From Craspedostauros australis (lineage: Eukaryota): DNA of 20,000 bases. A program made the position numbers and the translations under genes. The notes below the pieces were generated by a model, which worked only from the letters and a program-made list of their open reading frames with translations, made no database searches and was not told the DNA's origin. Location of the stretch: the NCBI GenBank assembly GCA_030167865.1, contig JALAGF010001700.1, forward strand, positions 52,272 through 72,271, given 5' to 3'. Of this stretch, positions 1 through 10,640 are shown one piece after another. The first letter of the stretch is position 1. Each line of letters begins with the position of its first letter.

Positions 1-1
1 C

Positions 2-2312
2 TGGACCATGCTCGATACCTTGGTGACTTCGCTGGTCGTAAAGAAAGAATGGAAGGTGCAAATGATCGAAGCCATCGAAGATTGCGTGGAGGGACTTGGG
101 TTTTGCCTTTCCGCGTGGCGTCGGACACTGAAGCGACTTAAACCGCACCTGCGGTCATCGTTGAGTCCCGAAGACGACCGTCAGAGCACTCTGTTGCTTC
201 GCGTTACGCTGCGTTCCTCCTTGGTGGTCCTCTCCCATCTGGCCTTCCGGCTCGATGTCCACGAAGCACGTGAGTGCAGTGCTGATCTCACCAAGTGCGT
301 GGAGCGGTTTGCGTTCCCACCGGATGTCATCGGTTCTGCCGTGACGGCCTTGGCATCGCTGTACACCGTGAGCTGGAAGGATACCGACACCATCAAGACC
401 GAGTACGGCAAATGGATCCGCAAGTCACTTGCCGCGTGCGAATTGGAGTTGACCGACTTCGCGCAACGAGCCGTGAAGCTTGATGATCATGACAACGCCA
501 ATCCACATGCCATCGGACACAGGCTTTCACGGGATGCTGTTCGTGCATTGCACACTGTCGGTGAATTGACGATGCTCGGCTTCAAGGCAGATGATGACAA
601 GCCTAAAGCCAAATCTGTGGCGAAGAACAGCAAGAATGGTTCCAATGGCGCCGATGCAAGACAGCAGGGCCACACATCGCCCGAGGAAATCCTTCGCAGC
701 GTGACCGAGCTTCCGTCGCGCAAGCTTCAGGATGTGGTGATGGCACTCCTCCCCGCCCACCTGCCAGGTGCGGAGACAGTGAGGACACCGGAGAGCATCC
801 GTGCCCATGCCTTCGTTGTGCTGGGGAAGATGTGCCTTCGAGACGAGACGTTGGCCAAGACCTCGTTGAATCTGTTCGCTCGGGAGCTCCATCCTGCGAC
901 CGCCAACGCGAGCCCCGCAGTCCAGAGCAACGCCCTGTTGGTGCTGGGTGATCTCTGCATCCGATACACCAATATGGCGGACCGGTACCTCCCCGTGATG
1001 GCATCGTGCTTGCAGTCAGGCGTGAACGCTTCGGAGATGCAGATCCTGAAGGTCCCTCAACCGCAAATGGCCATCGTGCGCAAGCACGCCATTCTGATGC
1101 TATCAAGCCTGCTGTTGCAGGATTACGTGAAATGGAGAGGCTTGCTTTTCCACCGATTCCTGGTGGCTTCATCCGATGATGACGACACCGTGGCCCAGCT
1201 TGCGGAGAGCGTGCTATCCGGGCCGCTGTGGGTGAGGTACCCGAAGTTGTTCTTCAACCAGTTCGTCGAATCCATCTTCGTGCTGAATCGCTGCACGGCA
1301 CATCCGATCTACGTGTCAGCGGCAACGAATGGCGATGGTGGCAGCGGGATCGCGGTTGGATTCGATGGGATCGACCTGCGAGGCGCCGTGGGGGAAGCGA
1401 GGCGTCGGCTGATGTACGATTTGATGCTGTCGAAGCTTTCTGATGAGGAGAAGATTGGCATCACGGCACGTTTGGCGAAGGAGGTGTTGGGCAGCGCATC
1501 GAGCGCGAGAGATGGCGACCTGGCATTGGTGTGCCGACGTCCGCAGGTTTCCGCCGAGGAGAGGTACGAAGGCGCCGTGGCCGTTCTGAACGACTCGTTC
1601 TACATCCTGACGCACAAGATGCTGAAGGTTGGCAAGGTGCACGATCAGGATGATGAGATGGAGATCGTGGATCCGAACATGACTGCAAACCCAGGCAAGC
1701 AGATCGTGGCCGCGAAGAGTCGGTTGCTGTCGAACATCAGCAGGAAGCACCTAATCGAGATCATCTTGCCCATCCTGTGCAATCTGAAGGCGGTCTTGCA
1801 GGTAAGTTGAACTTGGTGGGAGTCATCGTATATGTGTGCTCGGTTGCTGTTTTGCTGCATCGGGCTGTCGTGTCGTTGTATTGGTGCATCGTTGCATTGG
1901 CGTGTTGGTGTATCGTTTGGCATGTACTGTGCATTGTTTTGGAGCATGATTGAGTACTTTATCTAACGTTGCATGGTGATTCTCTTCTTATTGCTATCGC
2001 TATCCCATGAACGGTTGGTCGCACGGCATCTTCATTGTGCGTATCAATCTGCGCTACGCTACTCTGCTCTACTCTACTCAACGAATGTGGTGATCGTGGA
2101 CGCAGGCTTCATGCTCACCACTGCTGAAGGATCTGATGTCGTACTTGGTGTACATCTTTCGCAACTACAAGAGTGAGGTAAAGGAGTTCCTGACGAATGA
2201 CCCCACGCTGTTGAAGGAGATCGAATACGACGCTCGACAGCACGCAACGAAGTCGAAACACAAATCGCACGCGCCACCTGCCACCTTTACCGCAGTCATT
2301 GGCAATCAATGA
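2..2312 (+). CDS. NCAPD3: Condensin II complex subunit CAP-D3 (HEAT/Cnd1 family), 5'-partial; exons <2-1801 and 2106-2312
   Basis: The frame is open from the window edge. Cnd1-domain motifs: IRAHAFVVLGKMCLRDE, VQSNALLVLGDLCIRYT, VRKHAILMLSSLLLQDYVKWRG, LFFNQFVESIFVLN. Splicing CAG|GTAAGT (1802) to CGCAG| (2105) adds in frame ASCSPLLKDLMSYLVYIFRNYKSEVKEFLTNDPTLLKEIEYDARQH...GNQ*, which resembles the SPLLxDLMxYL...EIEYD segment I recall from CAP-D3 proteins. Stop TGA 2310-2312. Confidence 0.9.
1802..2105 (+). other. Spliceosomal intron (304 nt, phase 0) of the CAP-D3 gene
   Basis: GTAAGT donor and CGCAG acceptor; removal restores a continuous condensin-like reading frame. Confidence 0.9.
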
Positions 2313-2398
2313 TGGAAGCGATTGGGATTCGCTGTGTTGGCATATCCGTACTCGTTGGGTAGATTGATGACTGCTGGATGATGGATGGTGAACGATTC

Positions 2399-3620
2399 TC
2401 ACTGGATGAAGGTTCCCTTGTCGATTTGCGATGGTTCCGGCGCAGCGATGTTCTGCGTGTTGACCTTTTGCGCTCGAAGGGTGGTGGCGGATTCCCGAAC
2501 GAGCGAGTGGATGGCACCGATCATGAGCTGCGTGTTGGATCCGACGGGGTCCGTGATGACGATGGGAATCTCGATGTTCATGTCCTGAATGGCATCGGAC
2601 ATAATTTCCGGAATATCCTTGGTAACGTGACGACCGGGGCTGAGGAAGTACGGATGGCATATGATCTCGTCTGTTGCAATGGGTTGCAACCGGACATTGG
2701 CAGTGCAAGGGAAGATTGGTGGAGAGGGGAAGTAATGTGGCGTTTGGTCCAATAATGTATGGTAGCAGTACAAGTTAGCAATATCAAGTCAGCAATACCA
2801 AGTCAGGATGAGAATTGTATCGGTTGGTAGCAATGCAAGGCATGATTGTCAACACACATAGTCGTATTTGACAGAGATTGAGATCATGTTGCTTGCTGTT
2901 TTGTGTGCGTGGTGTTTGTCTGCCAAGGAACGTACCAACACCTTCATCGAGCAATGCCTGAAGCCCATCTGGAATAAAAGGGGGAACGATCTCCATATGC
3001 GCTGCCTTAACGACGATGGAATCATCGTCGATTGTCAGCTGATAGAGCTCCGCCAATTTCAACAACCGCTCGTTGCTGGCAGGATTCTTGGAGCCATGAT
3101 CCATGAGGAGGATGCCCATCTTCCCGCTGCGGGACGGCACTGTGTTGCGCGCTGGCGACGATTGCTGATTTCGTCGAATGCCCTTCGTCAAACGCAACGG
3201 GCTGTCCTTCTTCGGCTTGTCCTGCGTCGCACCGCCAATGCCATTGGGATACTCGTGCGGGCTCTTCAACGGATCGAAATACTCAAACAGATCCTGCTGC
3301 ACGCCTCCTGGGGAGCTCTCTACGGATGGCGCCTTTGGCGTTTCCTCCTCACCGCTGCTTTGCGCCACGGCTTCTTTCTTCTCGACAGCAGCATCGCGCT
3401 TCGGCTTCGTGTCCGGCGAGATGCCTTGCGGATACGCATGCGGGCTGAGGAGCGGATCAAAGTACTCAAACAGATCCGGTTCCTTGTCGTTCGATGCCAT
3501 GCACAGCGATGCATGTCGTTGTTGACGCAGCAGCGAAACAACAGATGGAGCGGTCGTCCATGCCTGCGTGCTCACGATCACTGATCCGGCGCAGACGCAG
3601 GCCAGGGAAATACGATTCAT
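2399..3620 (-). CDS. SIRB: Sirohydrochlorin ferrochelatase / CbiX-family class II chelatase, plastid-targeted; exons 3620-2936 and 2670-2399 (~318 aa; alternative ATG at 3632)
   Basis: The spliced product has CbiX/SirB motifs GILLMDHGS, AHMEI, and DEGVDEIICHPYFLSPGRHVTKDIP across the junction, with both expected His ligands. The N-terminus MNRISLACVCAGSVIVSTQA|WTTAP... reads as a signal peptide, an aromatic +1 residue and a transit peptide. Stop TGA 2401-2399. Confidence 0.88.
2671..2935 (-). other. Spliceosomal intron (265 nt, phase 1) of the SirB gene
   Basis: Minus-strand donor G|GTACGT at 2935 and acceptor CAACAG| at 2671; the joined G+AC encodes Asp and links GV to DEIICHPYF. Confidence 0.88.
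3237..3476 (-). repeat. Two 57-nt copies encoding DLFEYFDPLLSPHAYPQGI (3476-3420) and DLFEYFDPLKSPHEYPNGI (3293-3237)
   Basis: Read directly from the sequence: 16/19 identical residues, with several synonymous differences between copies. Confidence 0.9.
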
Positions 3621-3632
3621 TCGCACGATCAT

Positions 3633-4346
3633 TGTTGTTACTGTCGTTGTTATCGTCTTCTTGGTTGGAGTGCTCGCATGTATGGGTGCTCAACTCTATC
3701 CACGATTGTGCAGGTATGGGTGGAATGAGCGGCATCAGACAAGGCGGGAGAGGGCTGATGATGCCCACATGACGGAGGATACAGTCAGATTCCACAGAAA
3801 AGATCGTGTCTGGACACGAAGCAATCACCAAGAACGCTTCTTGACATCGACTCGCGAACGCGAATGCAACCTTCTCCAAGAATGACTTATTCGTGTGATT
3901 CACGGTCTGCCATAGTCCCAAATGTCTTTTTTGCTTGACTCCATCGAATTCAATCAACAACAACATGCCCGACTCAACGCGATGTGTGTGCTTCCACGTT
4001 GAAATCTACGGTGTCTGGTACAAACCGGATTTCAAATTTTGAATCTTGGTCGGAGTTGGTGGGAAGAATGAAAAGCACAACAAGAAAATGAGGCACGCGA
4101 AGCAAGACACCAAACGAAGCGCAACAAGCAAGAAGGCATCTGACACCAACAGAGGCAACATCAGTCACTCCACCATTGGGACGACCATCGTTGTGGATAC
4201 GAGCCGAGGCAACACTCACTACAGCAAAGACATCTGCTCCGCCAACGATAACATCGTCAACAACAGCATCAGTTGCGACATCGTTCAAGCATCAAACGCC
4301 ATCACTGAGAGCCACTGCTGCTACCACCCACATCCACACCCACACG
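3633..4346. promoter_or_regulatory. Divergent intergenic region (promoters and 5' UTRs) between the SirB and KNL1-like genes
   Basis: The two start codons are head-to-head about 0.7 kb apart. A CA-rich UTR-like tract precedes ATG 4347, and a TTCAAA-T-TTTGAA inverted repeat lies at 4031-4043. Confidence 0.55.
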
Positions 4347-7300
4347 ATGGACAAGGAGAACGTCGATGTGCAGCTGCAGGCTGTGCGATCGCACGCGCAG
4401 CCAAAGGAGGCAGCAGAAGACGAGACAATGAGCTTGGATGGGTCGTTTCAGAAGAACCAGCTGGATCAGCTGCTCTCCATGTCTCCAGCTTCGTCCGCTG
4501 CATCGCCGTTGCCAAGGACTTCGCCGGCATCTCTGCAAATGACGGCATCCAATGACGATGGTGGACTCGAGAGTGTGGATGCTGATGAAACATCCCGCCG
4601 ACAGGACTCGTTGGATGGTGGCAACCTCGCTGCCTCCACCAACAGCCACAACCAAGGCAGCAACGATCAGAGAAGGGTGCTGGTACCACGACGACACAGC
4701 ACCCAGATCAGTCAGATCGGTCCCAGTGATGCATCTCCGATGGTCAAGCAACCGGTGCTCAGAGCAGCCTCATCTCCGTCGTTGAGATCCAGAGTGTCTG
4801 CTTCGCCCAGCAGCCTGCTTCGGTTGACGGCAGAATTGAAGGCCTCCAAAGTGCGAAGGCGAGAGAAGGACACCGCGAGGAGGCTGTCTGTTGGGATTCT
4901 GCCACCGGCTGCATCCGTTGCGCCTGCTATTGACCCGCTCGTCGGGCATCAGCATTCGCCCAATGCCACAAACAGCAGCGATGTCGCACAGAACCAACCG
5001 TTGTCTGCGCAGGCGTCTCCGGCATCTCATCTCCACCTGCAGATGTACTTACAGGCGCGATCCCAGACAAACTCGCAAGGACTGTCCCAAGAGACGGTTG
5101 TCGCATCCAATACTGGTACGCAGAGCATGTCTTCCATCGGCGCTGACCAATCCAAGGCGTCGTCCGACAAGCAGACTGAACGAAGTGGAGATGGCGATGG
5201 AATCACCACTCCCAGCGATGCCAAACTCGAATCACCCCAACACAACACGAGTACGGATACTGCAAGCCTTGGGGACATGGCAGATCTCTTCGGTCCTTCC
5301 TCGCATGATCAAACCCCCACCAAGGAACAGGATGATCAGAGTGTGCCATCGCCGGATATGCAGCAGTCGTCTCCCATTCCACTGTCGAAGCCCATTCCTG
5401 CATCTGTCCATACTGATGACTTGCTACAGAGCGGTGGGTTGGACATGCAAGTCAATGGTGGGAACAGTGAAGATGCTGGCAGCGGTGTTGGCGTCAATGG
5501 CATGAAGAGCAAGGAATCCAATGCGGAGGAACATGAACACGGACAGGAAACAGATGATGCTCCTGTGTCTATCATCAACAAGGACGTTGGCGCCGACGAA
5601 GGAGACAGCGATTTGTCTTCAACAATGAATCTGGCCAAACTCTTGGGGGCCTCACAGGAATCGACGGCAGAGCTTCTGCAACCCTCAGTCTCCACTCCCG
5701 CCTCCGATTCAAAATCAACGCAGCCTTCGGCGTCTTCGTCAGCTCTCAGCAGCAATCCGGATACTGTCAGCGTCACGCACGTCATTTCCAAGCAAAAGAA
5801 GAGAAGGAGAAAGTCCACCATGTCAACCAACGGAAAGACAATCGACACGTTGGGGAGCATGCTCGGCAGGAGAGAAAGCACGGTGGATGTCTCCTTCGGT
5901 GATGAAACCATGGACTCGGATGGCTTCAGAGAGCTCTTTGGTACGTCAGCGTCGCCATCCAGCGCTAGCACGCCGTCCACCATCAGTGCAACGGAGCAGT
6001 TCAACCTCTCCCTCTCCAAGTCACCATTTGATTCCAACCAGACAGCCAGCGATGAGACTGCCGATCTTTCTGATCTCAACTCCCTCTTTGGACCATCCAA
6101 CAACAAGATGTCACGAAAGAGCTCGATCAGCAAGATATCTTCGGAAGGAATCACCTCGCTCTCTGCCATCAACGAAAGCAAGGATGATGCCGATTTCATG
6201 ATCACTGATTCGTCCAAGTCCAAGTCCACGACTGCGCCGGATGTGTCGGAACCGAGCGAGGCAGAGCAGAAGATGGACGCCGATACCAACATCGGCAGTG
6301 CATCCAAGGATACAGTCGCGCCCATTGTGGAGAATGCTTCGAACGTGGGTGCTGCCAAGGCCAAGTCGCCAATACAAGCACAAGGAGACGGCAACAGCAA
6401 GAACAAGCCAGTGCAGACTGATGAACTTGATTCAACATCTATCTCCACATCCCCACCAACGGCAGCGGCAACAAGCACAAACGCAAACACGCAGACGCAG
6501 ATAACAGCTACCGAAAAGGCTAAGTCCCAGCCGTTCGGCAGCACTTTCGGCAACGATGAATCCTACATGTCCAACCTCGCGAGTCCCATGGATACGTCCA
6601 ATGAAGACACTTTCGATGAGTCAACTGCTCCTTTGCAGATGTTCACGCCCACAGGTAAGCGAAAGTGGACATCAGGTTCAAGCATCACAAACAACAACAA
6701 CGCCTCTGCGAACCTCTCCAACTCCAAGCCAACAACCCGGAGCTCCCGCAACATCCTCTTCACATCTCCTCATCCCAAGGCCAAAGGGGGCGGCTCCAAC
6801 ACAAGCAGCATCGACCCGAGCAGAAGCAGACCCGAATCAAAGCCTCTGCAAGGCATCTTGAGTTCACGCAAGAAGAGACGACCGCTGGCGGCCGCCTTCA
6901 ACAAGTTCAACCCTCGCACCGTCGCCTTCGGTTCACCAGAGGCAGCCGAGTATCGCATTGGCAGCCCGTCGATCAGCCTAACCCCAATGCCCCAAAGCAA
7001 GGCGAAGGCGCTCTTCGGCATCCGACCTGCGCACAACATCGACGTGCAGAGTCCAGATCAAGCTCCAGGGGACGTAGAACTCCAGCCTGCCATTATGTCC
7101 GGCGAAGATGCAACAATCGAGATTGAAGCCAACCTCGATCTGCTCGTGAACAACATGAAGGATTCCGCCGCGCTCAGTCCCATCGCCAACACGGAATCAG
7201 ATGCCGCCAGCGTTGTGGACCCCATGACCCTGAAGATCAATGGGCAGGACCCAACCTCGGACTCTCCACTCAACGTGGATCTGTCCAAGAGCTTGGAACG

Positions 7301-10192
7301 GGCCAATAAGAAACAGGATACGAGCGATAGCAGCAGCACCAGTCTGAACCTCATCGGGACCAATGAAAAGACTGTGGAACTGGAGATTGGAATGGATCAA
7401 TTGCTTGCGCAGACTTCTTCAAAGCCAGCGAACGGTGTATCATCACCCGCAAGTCTGCCTTCCACCCAGCAAGCACCAACGCCCAGCTCCAACATGGACA
7501 CATCCAAGCAAGAGAGCACCACTGGTCACAGTGATGTCAACGAATCCAGTTCCCGCATGAGCTTCGACAGCAGCGATGATACGACCATGAATTCCATCGG
7601 ATCGCGCATTCAGCAACCGTTTCTCACTGCGCCACAGAAGGGACCGGCGGAAACGACCGTGGAGCTGGAAGAAGGCATGACCAATGTGCTTTCCGCAGCA
7701 ATGGTTGCATCTGCGTTGGCTGGAAGCAATGTGGCACCCACAATCGACGAAGCGGCATCAATGTCGAAACAATCAGAAGATGGTAGCGACGGTGCAGCAG
7801 TCGACGGTGCTGGCAACGACGACGACATGGATACAGATTCTGATTCAGAGGAGAATGGGATGGATGAGGATTCGATGGTCCTGCCATCGTCTGGCAGCGA
7901 ACCCTCAACGGAATCCAAGGCACTCTCCATCCCTGCCAACGATGATATCGCTCAAGACGCAGAGCAAGAAACAGGAGTGCATGATCTAGAAGACGACATG
8001 ACGACGCTGCTTAAGGTAGCCATATCGGCACCTCCTCCATCTGCTGCAATCAACATCTCGAGCGAAGAAACGACTGATCTACCATCCAGCGTTGATGACA
8101 TTCTCAAAGACAGCGCCTCATCTCAATCTACAGATGCGTCGGAAGATTCTGCGCAACTGGAAACGCCGAATGAATCCGATACCGTGCATCCTACGGGTAC
8201 TGACACTTCAGAGATGTCCATGACGTTGGAAGACGCGGTCACGAAAGACGACCCCATTCAGGCACAAGAGCCTGAGCCAAAGCATCAGCCCCACAATTCA
8301 AGGCTTTCTCTGGCATCGGCGAAGGACATGTGGAAGGATCGAGTTTCCATCGGCATCAGGATCGATCCGGATGCATCCATAGATGAGAACAAAAGCCATC
8401 TCAACAAGTCGACCGCAGGCCCACAAGATGAAGGCAGCGATAATAATGGAAACGGTACCAGCATGCATGGAGAAGACAGTGCCGAAAAGGACAACAGTGA
8501 AGGGAATAGAAGTACAAACAAGCAGGATGACGAATCAGTATCTGTGGCGGCCACATCAGATGATATATTCAATGCCGTCAATGTCTTCTCCGATGACACA
8601 TTCAATGCCTTCGCTGCGAGAACATCCGATGCCATGGTCCGATTGGGCTTGTCAACGCACGAGCTTGGCAACGGGATCGTCACAGCATCCGTGCTGCAGT
8701 TCGTGGAGGCCATGTGCTCCGAGATCGAATCCAGGACGGAGTCTGAGGATTGCATCGAAACATCATTTCAATCATGGGGGAAGCAACAGCCAGACATGTT
8801 CGCGAATTTTTTGCAAGGGTTGAAGGGAGACGACGCAGCAGCATTGGGAATGAAGCGCAACTTGGAATCAGTTGGGCGCACCCTCTCGAAACACATTGAG
8901 GATGAATGGATGGAGTGGCTGTCATCGGTGCTGGAGTTCCTGGCAGCACAGGTCCCCATCGAGTCTATGAGCATGGACTTGACGAATGATGACGAAGCAT
9001 TGCACGGGGCATTGCGAACCATCGACGGCATGAAGGGAATGATCAGAAGGATGGGTGAGAAGTCGACATTCCGTGCGAAACGCAAGAGCCTCGCACGCAG
9101 AAACGTAAGTTGGTGTTGGAGCTTGGGGAGGGGAAGGTTTGGGCTGTTGAAATGGTGCTGCGATGGCGCTTCACATACGGATATGGAATGATATGCATAC
9201 CCTGCAATACTTGATTGCACCAAGCATCCAACGCAAAGTACTCACACGCCTTCATGTCTTCTACTCTACATCTTCGATTCAATGCGGATTCAATCTCGCT
9301 TCCAATGATTGCCAACATGCCGTGTTTTCAAAATATGCCTCTGATGTCACTGCAGAACATGGTGTCGACACTTGAAGACTCGGTCGACGATTTGGAACAC
9401 GAGCTGGAGGAAGCCCGACGCATTCTGCAAAGCAAGAAGGACGACCATGCCGCCATCAGCAACGAGGTGCACGGCATCGCTCGAGAGAAGTCTCTGCGTC
9501 GTAATTACTTGGAGAAAATGAAGGTGGTTGCTTCCAGCCAACAGGGCTACCAATCGATCAAAGGAATGACGAACTGGTCACCGGAGTCGATCAATGGCGG
9601 GAGATTCTCGCTGGTCTTCCGCGGTCCCACGAAGATGCATTCCATGCGCATGATGATCGATGGTGCGACCTGCGCCGTCGATGCAAGCGTGATCTCCGCG
9701 CACAACGCATCGAAGGAGAACAAGTACGCATACCAGTACTACCTCCCACTGTCACGAGAGCTGATCGATCTCAGGACCGACCGTCTGTGCACTGAGCTGA
9801 ACAGATACAGCGCAGGGCCCGAACCACAAACGGCGACATTCATGAGGAAGATCATCGCCAAGACTTCCAGATCGTTGGCACGGCTCGAGATCCTGGCATC
9901 CGAAGTGGAACGGCTCGGCCATAGGTACGGTGTGCGGGTCAAGCATGGGATCCATGCCGACAGCAACCGATTCGCCATCACCGTCTCCTTCGCTGGCTGC
10001 GCCGGTGAGGTGGAGGCACAGATGTTTGTTGAAGAAGGCTACGCGAGCACACCGATCAAAATTGACCTGAAGGTGCTCAAGGGGGAGGCCGGCCAAGAAA
10101 GGGCGATCAAGCGCAAGCTGCTCAAGTCCAACTGCATCGGTTTCGGCGGCATGATGCAGAGCTGCGACATCATCGCCGCCATGGTGAGATAA
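4347..10192 (+). CDS. KNL1: Probable kinetochore scaffold KNL1/Spc105/Spc7; exons 4347-9104 and 9356-10192 (~1864 aa)
   Basis: The first in-frame ATG at 4347 gives MDKENV. A long S/T/D-rich disordered region carries short repeats and a GILS...RTVAFG pair (SILK/RVxF-type PP1 docking, 6852-6932). Then come an Spc7-like EWMEW segment (8904-8918, cf. WYEWR), a predicted coiled coil (LEDSVDDLEHELEEARRIL) and a C-terminal alpha/beta region consistent with tandem RWD. Assigned by motif architecture, not by database search. Confidence 0.72.
9105..9355 (+). other. Spliceosomal intron (251 nt, phase 0) joining the 4176..9191 and 9215..10192 ORFs
   Basis: AAC|GTAAGT donor and CTGCAG|AAC acceptor; gives in-frame ...LARRN-NMVSTLEDSV... 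Confidence 0.85.
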
Positions 10193-10640
10193 CATGACAC
10201 GGCATGACACGGTATGCACGAGTAGAGTAGTGAAGTAATTGGATGAAGACTAATGTGATGCACAGCATGGTAGAGCAATCGTAGGTTGTTGTGTACAGGA
10301 TGTTGTGGCGTGGCTTTGCTCCGTGTTTGCTTCGATGTATAGTCGCAAATGTAGAGCAGAGCAGATACAAGTGTGCAGAATGAACTTCGGCCCGCGTAGT
10401 GCAACGCAGGAATGAAAATCGTAGCCTATGACGCTAAGACTAGTTCCTCAAACATTGTCTCATCATGTGATCGACTCATACGACTACCTTCATTTACCGC
10501 TTTACTCGTGTCGCGACAAAACTGCGCGCGGCGGGGCACCACCAAACAGGCTTCTTCTTGGGCCGTTTTGAATTCAACAGCTTCTTGGCAATCACAACAC
10601 CAACACAGACACTAAAAACCACTCAACAAGAGCAATCAAG

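Noticed and set aside
2868..3584. 238-aa plus-strand ORF
   Set aside because: Antisense shadow of SirB exon 1; it starts inside the intron and has no recognisable motifs.
4176..4346. N-terminal 57 codons of the listed 1671-aa ORF
   Set aside because: Begins at a TTG and is CA-rich UTR-like sequence; the first ATG is at 4347.
5336..6553. 405-aa minus-strand ORF and other overlapping ORFs within 4300-9200 and 15400-19200
   Set aside because: Antisense or alternate-frame shadows of long GC-rich low-complexity CDSs.
9105..9355. Apparent split into two genes or a frameshifted pseudogene
   Set aside because: Fully explained by a canonical GT-AG intron.
10193..10212. CATGACACGG tandem duplicate right after the KNL1-like stop
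   Set aside because: Two-copy slippage repeat with no spacers; not CRISPR-like.
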